Shown: positions 17,399 through 26,024 of the stretch, one piece after another
Position numbering within the stretch: position 1 is the stretch's first letter
How the letters are laid out: each line of letters opens with the position of its first letter
Source: a virus
Taxonomy: Duplodnaviria > Caudoviricetes
Reading direction: 5' to 3' (one strand)
IMG/VR virus record: IMGVR_UViG_3300009788_000125
Span: 1-51,765 of that record
Length of the DNA: 51,765 nt
The notes under the pieces: model-generated
Databases searched by the model: none
What the model saw: the letters and a program-made list of their open reading frames with translations, nothing else
Told to the model about the DNA's origin: nothing
Position numbers and translations under genes: made by a program

Positions 17399-17757
17399 TC
17401 AAAGACGTCACGAAGGACCCTGGCAGCATCTGGTACGGGCACGAGCTGGCATACGAAGTGATGCGGGAGTCGCTGGCCGAGCTGCGGCGCAGCGGCAAGA
17501 GCCCTAACGACATCGGGTGCGAGCTACGGCGGGTAGCCGATGTGGTCCAGTCGGCGGCGAGACTCGCCAGAGCCGTGGCCGATATTGTCGAGCGGGTGCC
17601 GCCTGACCGGCTGAAAATCTACGCCGCTGTCATGGGTATCGAGTGGCCACCGCTGCCGCCTGCACCGCCGCCGTGCGAGAAGCACGGGCGAGCGTACTGC
17701 TGCCAGGGGCTGCCGACGGACCCGGTGCCAGTGGGTGACCCGCGGGGTAGCGCATGA
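17392..17757 (+). CDS. Hypothetical protein
   Basis: GGAGG RBS, coupled. Confidence 0.55.
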   Translation: MVIKDVTKDPGSIWYGHELAYEVMRESLAELRRSGKSPNDIGCELRRVADVVQSAARLARAVADIVERVPPDRLKIYAAVMGIEWPPLPPAPPPCEKHGRAYCCQGLPTDPVPVGDPRGSA

Positions 17758-17978
17758 CGGGGTGGCACAGAGAGATGACGGGCTGCGACGCGGGGCCGCA
17801 CGAGTACACCCCGATCCGCTGGTGGGACAAGTGGGTGGCCAGGGGGCGCTGCTCGTCGTGCTACTACCCACGCGAGTGGCACCCGATCACAGGGTGGGTA
17901 CCGGCCAGGCCGCTAGGCTGCCGGACGTCCGCCATCAATCCATCAACCGATCCGCCGAGAGGAGGTACGGCACGATGA
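17754..17978 (+). CDS. Hypothetical small Cys/His protein
   Basis: ATGA overlaps on both sides. Confidence 0.45.
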   Translation: MTGWHREMTGCDAGPHEYTPIRWWDKWVARGRCSSCYYPREWHPITGWVPARPLGCRTSAINPSTDPPRGGTAR

Positions 17979-18361
17979 AGCGAACACTGATCATGAGCAT
18001 GATTGCGGGAACGGTGGCCCTGTTGGTCGGGAGCGCCTACGACCAGGGCGTGGCTGCCGACCCGGTGCCGATGGTGCAGTACGAGACCTGCCAGGTCGAC
18101 GACGACCAGGCGGTGGTCGAAGGCACGTGCTTCGAGAACGAGGCGCCCAACCTGCACAACGAGGCACCGAACCTGGACCCACGGTTCGAGAGCATGGTGG
18201 CGAACCACCCCGATGCCGAGGAGGTCGACATCAGGTACACCGTGCGGGTCAAGGCCGACGGCTGCTGCGAGGTATGCACGACCGTCTGTTGGGGCGGGTC
18301 GGGAACGATCTGCTGGCGGTCGTGCCGCACGAACTGCGGCGCCCTGATGCCAGGCTGCTGA
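17975..18361 (+). CDS. Secreted protein with Cys-rich C-terminal domain
   Basis: GGAGG RBS, Sec-type signal peptide MKRTLIMSMIAGTVALLVGSA, acidic middle, C-terminal CCEVCTTVCW...CWRSCRTNC..PGC. Confidence 0.7.
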   Translation: MKRTLIMSMIAGTVALLVGSAYDQGVAADPVPMVQYETCQVDDDQAVVEGTCFENEAPNLHNEAPNLDPRFESMVANHPDAEEVDIRYTVRVKADGCCEVCTTVCWGGSGTICWRSCRTNCGALMPGC

Positions 18362-18372
18362 CCGGAGGATAG

Positions 18373-18960
18373 ATGACGGGCAGGCTCACAGGGTGGCAGC
18401 TATCGATAGCGGCGAAGGCTGGCGTCGCGGTGTGGCTGAAAAGCCGCATCGACAAGCGCCAGGACCAGCACGGCTACAGGGGCGACGACCTCATTGTTCA
18501 CGTCGAGGGCAACGCCGCGGAGCTGTTCGTCGCCAACAAGCTCAACAGGTATTGGGAGCCGCAGATCGACAGGTTCAAGGCCGGCGACATTGGCGACGAC
18601 CTGCAGGTGCGGCACACCAATCTCAAGGACGGGAGCCTGATCGTCCGGCGTAAGGATCCAGTCGGCCACACCTACCTACTCGTCGTGGGCGACATCTTTG
18701 GCGAGCTACGACTGGCCGGCTGGATCCGAGGCGTTGACGCAAGGCAGGGTGAGTGGTGGCGAGCGCCCGGTGGCCGGCCTGGCGCGTGGTTTATTCCACA
18801 GGCCGAACTGCAGTTCGTTGGGTCGCTGCCGGCGCCTCAACGCACCGGCCACGTTTATTACGTCGAAGGGGACGGCCACGACTGCTACACCGGCATGGAC
18901 GGCGACGACAACGAGGGAGTGAACCGAGAGCCGGCGGGCCTGCCGGCGTGGGAGGGGTAG
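18373..18960 (+). CDS. Hypothetical phage protein, possible restriction-endonuclease-like fold
   Basis: EGNAAELFVA...GDIG..LQVRHT...YLLV...LAGWI pattern; GGAGG RBS. Confidence 0.55.
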   Translation: MTGRLTGWQLSIAAKAGVAVWLKSRIDKRQDQHGYRGDDLIVHVEGNAAELFVANKLNRYWEPQIDRFKAGDIGDDLQVRHTNLKDGSLIVRRKDPVGHTYLLVVGDIFGELRLAGWIRGVDARQGEWWRAPGGRPGAWFIPQAELQFVGSLPAPQRTGHVYYVEGDGHDCYTGMDGDDNEGVNREPAGLPAWEG

Positions 18961-18962
18961 CC

Positions 18963-19271
18963 GTGTATAAGTTCCGCAAGAAGCCCGTGGTGATTGAGGC
19001 GTTTCAGATGACCGTAGAGCGCCGCTGGCACAACGACGAGTGGCCAAATTGGCTGCACGAAGCATGGCAGAAGGATAAGGGGGACGCGGGCGCCTACTGG
19101 TGCGACAAGACTCAGACGGATAGGACATTCATCACGACACTGGAAGGCGTCCACGAGGTGTCGCCAGGAGATTTCATTATCCAGGGTGTCAAGGGCGAGC
19201 TGTACCCCTGCAAGCCGGACATCTTCGAGACGACCTACGACCCGGTGAAGCCGGTCTGTGGGTCGGAATGA
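18963..19271 (+). CDS. Conserved phage protein (RKKPVVIEA / TLEG / GDFIIQGVKGELYPCKPDIF family)
   Basis: Widely recurring phage motif set; function unknown. Confidence 0.8.
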   Translation: MYKFRKKPVVIEAFQMTVERRWHNDEWPNWLHEAWQKDKGDAGAYWCDKTQTDRTFITTLEGVHEVSPGDFIIQGVKGELYPCKPDIFETTYDPVKPVCGSE

Positions 19272-19678
19272 ACAAGCGGCTGCAGGAAAACGTCGAGCGC
19301 ATCGCCAACAACCTGGGCGACCTGGTCGACGCGGTGAAGGGGCTCAGCGAACTCGGGGCCCTGACGATCAACGTCACCAGCCCGCCGCTGGACCTGGGTA
19401 GCGACGACGAGCACCGTGGCGACCCGGCATACGAGGCGGTGCAGGTGGAGCTGGCGGCGTTGGAGAAGCAGAAGGATTGGCTGGCCAGCAGCATCGTCCC
19501 GAGCGAGGAGGACCTGCGCAACCACCAGGTCGAGATGGCCAGGCACGAGGCGCACCGGATCCGGCTGCACGCCGGCAACCCGTTCGGTTGTCTGCTCGGG
19601 GTCAAGGGCATGACCAGCGAGCACACCGAGGCGTGCGACGACGCCGTGCGCTTGCTGGTCGAGGAGGCCAACCGGTGA
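19268..19678 (+). CDS. Hypothetical protein
   Basis: Coupled 136-aa ORF. Confidence 0.6.
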   Translation: MNKRLQENVERIANNLGDLVDAVKGLSELGALTINVTSPPLDLGSDDEHRGDPAYEAVQVELAALEKQKDWLASSIVPSEEDLRNHQVEMARHEAHRIRLHAGNPFGCLLGVKGMTSEHTEACDDAVRLLVEEANR

Positions 19679-20001
19679 GCGCGCCGACGGTCACGCAGCA
19701 AGCCCGCCGGCAGCCGCCCGGCCCTCGGCGTGGTGGCGTCGAGTCGTACCTCGACCCGACACACCGGGTCCGATGCTACGCCTGCCTGAAGGAGTTCATC
19801 GATCCGGAATTCATCTTCTGCGATCCGTGCTGGAAGCTGGTTCCTGCCGAGTACACGGCCACGAGGCGTGCACCGCTGCGAAACGAGTTCCCGCCATGCA
19901 CGGAGAAAGCCAAGGTACGGGCCGACCTCGCCATCAAGGCGGTCCAAGCTGCCCGCGGCGAGATACGGAGCGGGCGAGCGGCGTACCTGGGGCGACGATG
20001 A
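19675..20001 (+). CDS. Hypothetical protein with CxxC..CxxC
   Basis: GGAGG RBS; CYAC...CDPCW. Confidence 0.55.
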   Translation: MSAPTVTQQARRQPPGPRRGGVESYLDPTHRVRCYACLKEFIDPEFIFCDPCWKLVPAEYTATRRAPLRNEFPPCTEKAKVRADLAIKAVQAARGEIRSGRAAYLGRR

Positions 20002-20342
20002 GCCGGCCGAGCGACCAGTGGCGAGCGACGGTGCAGCGCGTGGTCGATGCCTACAACGCCATCGCTCCGCACCTCGACGACGCGATCACGCTCGAGGACA
20101 GCGACAAGTCATTCAGCGCCAAGCGGGACGAGCTATGGGCAGCCGTGATGGCGCTCAACATCGCAACCCGGCCGAGAGCCGAGCACCACTACCAGGCCGT
20201 GGAAATCCTCGAGGGGCTGATCGAGGTCGAGATGGGACCGATCCACCCGGTCGGCCAGGACGACTTCGGGGCGGTGTGCATCTGCTGGTACTGCCGAGCC
20301 AAGCGGTTTGTCGGCAAGCCCGAGGGGTGGGTGCCGGCATGA
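19998..20342 (+). CDS. Hypothetical protein
   Basis: Coupled ORF; C-terminal CICWYC. Confidence 0.55.
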   Translation: MSRPSDQWRATVQRVVDAYNAIAPHLDDAITLEDSDKSFSAKRDELWAAVMALNIATRPRAEHHYQAVEILEGLIEVEMGPIHPVGQDDFGAVCICWYCRAKRFVGKPEGWVPA

Positions 20343-21364
20343 TGCTGGTGCGATCCGACGCCCGGCAGATCCCGTTAAGGGACGGCAGTGTGCAGTGCTG
20401 TGTCACGTCGCCGCCGTATTGGGGGCTGCGGGATTATGGGGCGGACGCACAGCTCGGGCTCGAAGCCACGCCCGACGAGTACGTTGCCAATATGGTCGAG
20501 GTGTTCCGCGAGGTGCGACGGGCGCTACGAGATGACGGGACGCTGTGGCTGAACCTGGGGGATAGCTACGCTGGATCGTGGGGAGCGCAGAGCAGGGGCG
20601 GCCCCCCGAGCGACAAGAGTACGCTGGTCGGCAACGGGCATGTCGGTGGCGGTCCGAAACTCCACAACCTCAGCGCCACGCAGATTGCAGCGCACCCGGA
20701 CACCACGCACACCGGCAGCATCTCCAGGACCCCTGGCCTCAAGCCCAAGGACCTCGTCGGCATCCCGTGGCGTGTCGCGTTCGCCCTCCAGGCGGACGGC
20801 TGGTATCTCCGCAGCGACATCATCTGGGCGAAGCCGAATCCCATGCCGGAGAGCGTGACCGACAGGCCAACGAAGGCACACGAGTACCTGTTCCTACTGG
20901 CGAAATCGCAGCGGTACTACTACGACGCGGAGGCGATTGCGGAGGCGTCATTCGCCAAGAGCGCCCACGACCAATACGGAACGGGCTGCCTAGCGCCTGG
21001 GCAGACACGGCAGAGTGGCAATCGCCATCGCAGGATCGGTGCTGAACACGGCCGCCCCGGCCACCACCGCGGCAGCTCGGTGCCGTGGGCAGGCAGCACT
21101 AGAAACCGCCGTACCGTATGGACGGTCGCCACGCAGCCATACAGCGGCGCCCATTTCGCCACGTTCCCTCCGAAGCTGATCGAGCCATGCATCCGGGCCG
21201 GCAGCCCGGTGGGTGGTGTGGTGCTCGATCCATTCGTCGGCAGCGGCACTACCTGCGTGGTGGCGACGCAGAACAACCGCCACGGCATCGGGCTGGACCT
21301 TGCCTACCAGGACCTGGCGATGGAGCGCACACGCGAGGTCCAGCGGCGACTGGTGGGGGCATGA
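20339..21364 (+). CDS. N4-cytosine/N6-adenine DNA methyltransferase (beta class)
   Basis: VTSPPYWGLRDY catalytic motif precedes VLDPFVGSGTT SAM-binding motif; also IIWAKPNPMPESV and HFATFP. Confidence 0.93.
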   Translation: MMLVRSDARQIPLRDGSVQCCVTSPPYWGLRDYGADAQLGLEATPDEYVANMVEVFREVRRALRDDGTLWLNLGDSYAGSWGAQSRGGPPSDKSTLVGNGHVGGGPKLHNLSATQIAAHPDTTHTGSISRTPGLKPKDLVGIPWRVAFALQADGWYLRSDIIWAKPNPMPESVTDRPTKAHEYLFLLAKSQRYYYDAEAIAEASFAKSAHDQYGTGCLAPGQTRQSGNRHRRIGAEHGRPGHHRGSSVPWAGSTRNRRTVWTVATQPYSGAHFATFPPKLIEPCIRAGSPVGGVVLDPFVGSGTTCVVATQNNRHGIGLDLAYQDLAMERTREVQRRLVGA

Positions 21365-21711
21365 CCTTCGACAACGACGTCAAGCGGATCCAGGAGCGCA
21401 TGCTGGCGCAGTTCGGGCGGCACGTGGACACGCTGATCCGGGATTGCCTGGGGGTGGTGGTGGAGCCCGAGACTTCGGCGCTGACATACGAGAGCCTGCG
21501 TAGGGCGGCCGACCGGTTGACCACGACGATTCATTGCCAAGCCAAGCACGCAGACGGAGTCAGGGCGGCGGTCAAGGACCGGCCGTGGATCACGGTGCAC
21601 ACCAACCCGTACATGAGCGAGAACCTGCTGCTGATCCTGACGCCGAAGCCGGATCCGTGGGAGGTGCCCGACGTCCAGGTCGTCGAGATCGCGGTGGAGG
21701 GCGACGCGTAA
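21361..21711 (+). CDS. Hypothetical protein
   Basis: Coupled ORF. Confidence 0.55.
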   Translation: MTFDNDVKRIQERMLAQFGRHVDTLIRDCLGVVVEPETSALTYESLRRAADRLTTTIHCQAKHADGVRAAVKDRPWITVHTNPYMSENLLLILTPKPDPWEVPDVQVVEIAVEGDA

Positions 21712-21920
21712 TGTCGCAGAGAATCTGCCGTGGCCTGGGCGACCACATGGGCTGCCGCGGTGTGACGCTTCACCTGGACGGGCGGATCACGCTGGCACCA
21801 GCCAAGCACCCGGCGAGCGTGAAGCCGCAGCATCGGGTCTGGTGCGACGAGTGCGAGGCGGAGCGCAAGCGGCGCATCACCGAGCAGATGAAGGGGCTCG
21901 CGGCCAGGCTCGGCTTATGA
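21711..21920 (+). CDS. Hypothetical small Cys protein
   Basis: GGAGG RBS, TAATG overlap. Confidence 0.5.
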   Translation: MSQRICRGLGDHMGCRGVTLHLDGRITLAPAKHPASVKPQHRVWCDECEAERKRRITEQMKGLAARLGL

Positions 21921-22336
21921 CGCCGGTGAGGCAGCGGAGTGGATTCGTGTGCATGGACAAGCGGCAGGACGACCCGTGCTCTCACGGGGCGATGGCTGCC
22001 CGTGGCCGGTGCGTGCGGCACTACGAGCGGTACAGGTCCAGGGCGAAGCGGGACGGCACGTGGGTGCCCAGGGCATGCGGCGGAAACAGTGCCTACCGAC
22101 GGGTGGGCGATGACCTGCGGATCCAGCTACGGCCTGGACGGAGCACGTACTCGTGGCTGCGGGAGCTAAGTGCTCGGATGCACCGGCTGTCGCAGAGCAT
22201 GCAGGAGGGCGGCGACTACATCGACGCGGTGCTCAACCAGATACAGATCAAGGCGGAGCGTGGTACTATGCAGCCCGGAAAACCGACGCACAAACAGGGC
22301 GACCGAGCCCGAAAAGGGAGCGAGCATGAGCGGTAA
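21917..22336 (+). CDS. Hypothetical protein with C-C-C-H motif
   Basis: C...C....ARGRCVRHYER zinc-finger-like N-terminus. Confidence 0.5.
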   Translation: MTPVRQRSGFVCMDKRQDDPCSHGAMAARGRCVRHYERYRSRAKRDGTWVPRACGGNSAYRRVGDDLRIQLRPGRSTYSWLRELSARMHRLSQSMQEGGDYIDAVLNQIQIKAERGTMQPGKPTHKQGDRARKGSEHER

Positions 22337-22955
22337 CAGGGAGAAAATCACCACCAAGGTCGAGAGCTTGGGCGGGCACATTCGGGTCAAGGCCGACATC
22401 AGCATCGACAAGCGGCTGATCACGCACTACCGGGTGGCGAGCCAGAACCGGGCTGCGGAGGAGTGCAGCGACTTGCTCAAGGATGCCGTCCAGGCGGCGT
22501 TGGGCGAGCTACACGAGCGGTTCGAGAAGAGCGGCGCCCGCAAGGTAGCCCGAGCGAATGCGGCCGAGCTGAAGGGGCGTGAGGCCCGAGCGGGTATCGA
22601 CCACGCGGCCAACAGTGGCCGGGTGACGGACGACAGCGTGGACGGCATGGCTCCCCGCGGCGAGCGCAACGAGGGCGAGGTCGGCTACCTCCGCGACGAC
22701 GAGGGCAAGCCCAAGAGGGACGAGGACGGTGCGGTGATGATGGCCGGGTCGGCTGGCGTGGGCGGCAGCGGCACGCTGAGCACCGACGACCCTGGCGTCA
22801 TCGAGGTAGGGAGCGCCGTGGTGTTCGACTACGAGGGCCAGGACGTGGTGGGCGAGGTCACGAGCGTACAGGGCGGCGTTGCCGATGTGACGGCCGGGGA
22901 GTCGGAGTACTCGGTGCTGGTGGGCGACCTGAAGCTGGCCGACCTGGAGGGCTGA
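22326..22955 (+). CDS. Hypothetical protein with C-terminal SH3/Tudor-like domain
   Basis: GGGAG RBS; C-terminal IEVGSAVVFDYEGQDVVGEVTSV...YSVLVGDL; extended -10-like TGGTACTAT at 22261. Confidence 0.6.
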   Translation: MSGNREKITTKVESLGGHIRVKADISIDKRLITHYRVASQNRAAEECSDLLKDAVQAALGELHERFEKSGARKVARANAAELKGREARAGIDHAANSGRVTDDSVDGMAPRGERNEGEVGYLRDDEGKPKRDEDGAVMMAGSAGVGGSGTLSTDDPGVIEVGSAVVFDYEGQDVVGEVTSVQGGVADVTAGESEYSVLVGDLKLADLEG

Positions 22956-22957
22956 GC

Positions 22958-24949
22958 GTGGCCAGGGGTGACGCGTTCAGGGAGTGCGAGGCGATACAGG
23001 ACGACGACCAGGATTGCGTGCGGGAGGACGGCCATGAGGGTCCGCACGTAATCCTGTTCCCCCGTGGCCGGTGCGGGGACGTGAGCGACTACGGGGGGCA
23101 ATCGTTCCAGTGTCAGCAGGAGCGGGGGCACGACGGGGCCCACACCTGGACGATGCGGCTGCCGGCGGAGCCCGATGTTCCCCGTGGAACAATCCGCAAC
23201 GACGACGTGGGTCACGGGCCGACCTGCGCGTGCGTGCTCTGCATCGTGCGCCGGGGCTGCGGGGCCGTAGAGGACGGCTGTGACCCGAAGTACACAGTAC
23301 GGGAGGAGCCCAAGCCGTCTGGACAGTGCTTGATAGAGGTATCGGGCGCTGCCGGCCTGTACCGCTGCGAGTTCAGCGGGAGCCATATGGGGCTGCACAG
23401 CAAGCAGGTGGGGCCCGAGGCGTGGGCGTGGCCGGCGGTGGATGCCAAGTGGTGCCGGGCGGTGGTGGTGGACATCGAGCGCCAGGCGTATGCCTGCGGC
23501 CGGGACGACGGGCACGACGGGGTACACGAGACCCTGGACGGCAAGTGGTGGGCGAACTCTCGGCTGCCGCGGCCGGAGCCCGGGTCGCGATACACAGCCG
23601 ACGATTTAAGGTCAGCAGAGGAGATGGGGTATGAGCGGGCTCGGGGCCGGTGCGAGGTGGCCCCGTGCGGGCGGCTGCAAGGGCACGAGGGTCTACATAC
23701 CCAGGACAAGCTGTACGTGGAGGACGAGAACGGCATCGGCCTCAGCCGGGTGAACTTCGAGCCGCAATGCGGCGGGAAGCTGAGTAGGTCCGGCCCGCTG
23801 CGGTGCACCAGGGCCTTCGCCCACCACGGCCCGTGCCAGCACATCCCGACGCTGGCTACCACCAGGCTGGAGGGGTTCGGGAACGCAGGCAATCGTTGCG
23901 AGGCCGTGCAGAACGACAGGCGGCGCTGCGAGAAAGCCAAGGGGCACAAGGGCTGGCACCAGGTTCCACCAGGCGGTGCCTGGACGATGGAGCAGGATCT
24001 GGACCACGACCAGGTGGACGAGCCCGAGGCGCTGATGTGCGGGGAGCTATTCATGCTGGCCCTGGCTGGTCCGTACCGGTGTGAGCTATCACGGGGGCAC
24101 GACGGCGACCACGCGCTCGAGAGCGGCAGCGGCCAGGACGAGGCGGAGGAGCGCGAGAAGGGGCGCACGCCAGGGACGTACAACCCCCAGACCCTGGAGC
24201 GGTATCCTGGCAGGCTGGACGAGGTGGACGACCAGTGCGACGAGCAGGTCGCGTCCGACACGAGCATCGACGGCTTCCTGTTCTGCCGGTTCCGCCGAGG
24301 GCACGGCGGGGAGCACCAGGCGGACGAATCGTGTGTCCAGGAGGAGGCGTGTCGGTTCCGGAGCGGGCACGACGGTGATTGCCACCCCATGGTGGACGAG
24401 GCAGGCACACAGGCGTCGCTGAGTTCTGGCCTTTTCGGTGCGGACCTAGACGCAGCGCGGCCTACAGACTCCCCTCCCGAGACTCCCTGCGGCATCTGTT
24501 ACGCCTGGGTCCTGGGAGACCACCACGGCCGCAAGGGTCGCTACTGCACCAGGCCCTCGGGCCACACCGGGGAGCACCGGGAGAAGGCAGGCAGGTCGGT
24601 TCCCCATCGCCAGGACGGCCTGGCCTGCAAGGACCACGGGTTCGACTGCCCACCGCTGAGTCGCATGTGTGGGGAGGCCCCGAACTGCACCCTGACGAAG
24701 GGCCACGAAGGGGAGCACGTGGACTGCAGCGACCAGGAGCCCGAGGCGAGCCTGTTCGGCGCCGGGCCGTGCGGGTGGCTCCTGATGGGCGAGGGAAGCT
24801 CGCGGTGCGACCAGCCCGTAGGCCACGACGGCATGCACGCAGGCCCTGAGGAACCGGCTCTCGAGAATGCCCCGTGCGGGAACGAGGACGGCTGCGGGTT
24901 CGTGTGTGCGCTGGCCAAGGGCCACGGGGGGCTCCATGCCAGCTTCTGA
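22958..24949 (+). CDS. Multi-repeat Cys/His protein (14 C-C-H-[HC] units)
   Basis: GGAGG RBS; 14 copies of C-x(n)-C-x5-H-x-G-x-[HC]. Confidence 0.8.
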   Translation: MARGDAFRECEAIQDDDQDCVREDGHEGPHVILFPRGRCGDVSDYGGQSFQCQQERGHDGAHTWTMRLPAEPDVPRGTIRNDDVGHGPTCACVLCIVRRGCGAVEDGCDPKYTVREEPKPSGQCLIEVSGAAGLYRCEFSGSHMGLHSKQVGPEAWAWPAVDAKWCRAVVVDIERQAYACGRDDGHDGVHETLDGKWWANSRLPRPEPGSRYTADDLRSAEEMGYERARGRCEVAPCGRLQGHEGLHTQDKLYVEDENGIGLSRVNFEPQCGGKLSRSGPLRCTRAFAHHGPCQHIPTLATTRLEGFGNAGNRCEAVQNDRRRCEKAKGHKGWHQVPPGGAWTMEQDLDHDQVDEPEALMCGELFMLALAGPYRCELSRGHDGDHALESGSGQDEAEEREKGRTPGTYNPQTLERYPGRLDEVDDQCDEQVASDTSIDGFLFCRFRRGHGGEHQADESCVQEEACRFRSGHDGDCHPMVDEAGTQASLSSGLFGADLDAARPTDSPPETPCGICYAWVLGDHHGRKGRYCTRPSGHTGEHREKAGRSVPHRQDGLACKDHGFDCPPLSRMCGEAPNCTLTKGHEGEHVDCSDQEPEASLFGAGPCGWLLMGEGSSRCDQPVGHDGMHAGPEEPALENAPCGNEDGCGFVCALAKGHGGLHASF

Positions 24950-25244
24950 CGCGCAGGAGGAGGTGACAAGGCAATTGGTCGAGTCGGCCCTGTGGGACCA
25001 GGCGAACCTGGCCGCGACCGAGATGCCAGGGCGCTGCCAGGGAACGGTACTCGGGAAGCTGCGCTGCACGAACTGGTTCGACGCGCCAGGCCACTGCCGG
25101 CACAAGTGGGATCCCGAGGCTGCGGCCTTCTGGGCGGAATCGCATGGCCGTACTCCAGAAGCGCGGCCCACATGCCTCCCTGCCCACAGACCCTCCTGTG
25201 CCCTTGAGAGTGGACACCAGGGCGACTGCCAGAGGCCCACATGA
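24936..25244 (+). CDS. Cys/His protein with one C-C-H-C unit
   Basis: CALESGHQGDC; coupled to neighbours. Confidence 0.6.
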   Translation: MPASDAQEEVTRQLVESALWDQANLAATEMPGRCQGTVLGKLRCTNWFDAPGHCRHKWDPEAAAFWAESHGRTPEARPTCLPAHRPSCALESGHQGDCQRPT

Positions 25245-25546
25245 GCCGCTGCTGGTTCCCCGGAGACTCCCTCGTCGTGGCCGGATGGGCGCAGTGCCGC
25301 CTCAAGAACGGACACCAGGGCCGACACGCCGTCCCACAGCTCCCCCGCTACCCACGCGCCTCCACCTGCAACGAGCCCCTGTACGACGGCAAGGGCCGCT
25401 GCGCACGCTACCCCGACCACGAGGGCGCCTGCTCCGAAGGGCCCATGGTGCGGACCCTCTGTGAGGCCACGCACCAGGCAGGCGCTACCTGTAGACGACC
25501 ACAGGCACACCTGGGCAAGCACCGGAAGGGCAACCTGCGGTGGTAG
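25241..25546 (+). CDS. Cys/His repeat protein (3 units)
   Basis: CRLKNGHQGRH, CARYPDHEGAC, CRRPQAHLGKH. Confidence 0.7.
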   Translation: MSRCWFPGDSLVVAGWAQCRLKNGHQGRHAVPQLPRYPRASTCNEPLYDGKGRCARYPDHEGACSEGPMVRTLCEATHQAGATCRRPQAHLGKHRKGNLRW

Positions 25547-26024
25547 CAAGGCACCGCACGGTGCCCCACCACGCCCACGTAGGCACCACCAGGGGTACAC
25601 ATAGGGACCACCACGCAGGCCGCATATAGGCCGCACACCACCAAGGGGCACGCATGCAGAACCACGAACAACCACCGCAGGCTCAAGGAGTTACGAGGAC
25701 GGGAGTAGGGGTGACAGGGGCACGCAGAGCTGTCCTGCCGCACGCACGGCCTACCTCGGAACGCGGTACCATCCGGCCTATCCGGCGCATCGAGCTGGTG
25801 AACAGCGCCTGGATCCTGGCCTGCCTGTCGGTCCCCTGCCCTGGTGGGCACCAGCGGGGCTGGAAAGCCTCGGGCTATCAGCCGATCCCTGCTGCCTGGT
25901 GTCGGTGCAAGCGGGCACAGCAGGCCAGGCACGACGACCTGTGGGGCAAGGAGCCCCTGTGCCTGCATTACGACGTATCAGCCAGCGTCCGGTAACGGGC
26001 ATTATGTCTACTCGGAGGCCAACG

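Noticed and set aside
22362-22388. ESLGGHIRV resembles ESVGGKIRV at the start of the protease-capsid protein
   Set aside because: A nine-residue match with no extension on either side; probably coincidental.
22958-24949. Multiheme cytochrome interpretation of the Cys/His protein
   Set aside because: The repeats are not CxxCH and there is no signal peptide.
25547-25730. Possible mini-CRISPR array in the intergenic repeats
   Set aside because: The repeats are only 6-12 bp, degenerate and irregularly spaced.
25654-25995. 113-aa ORF in the gap after the Cys/His cluster
   Set aside because: No clear RBS or family motif, and it overlaps the repeat-rich region; a shorter Cys-containing gene is possible but unsupported.
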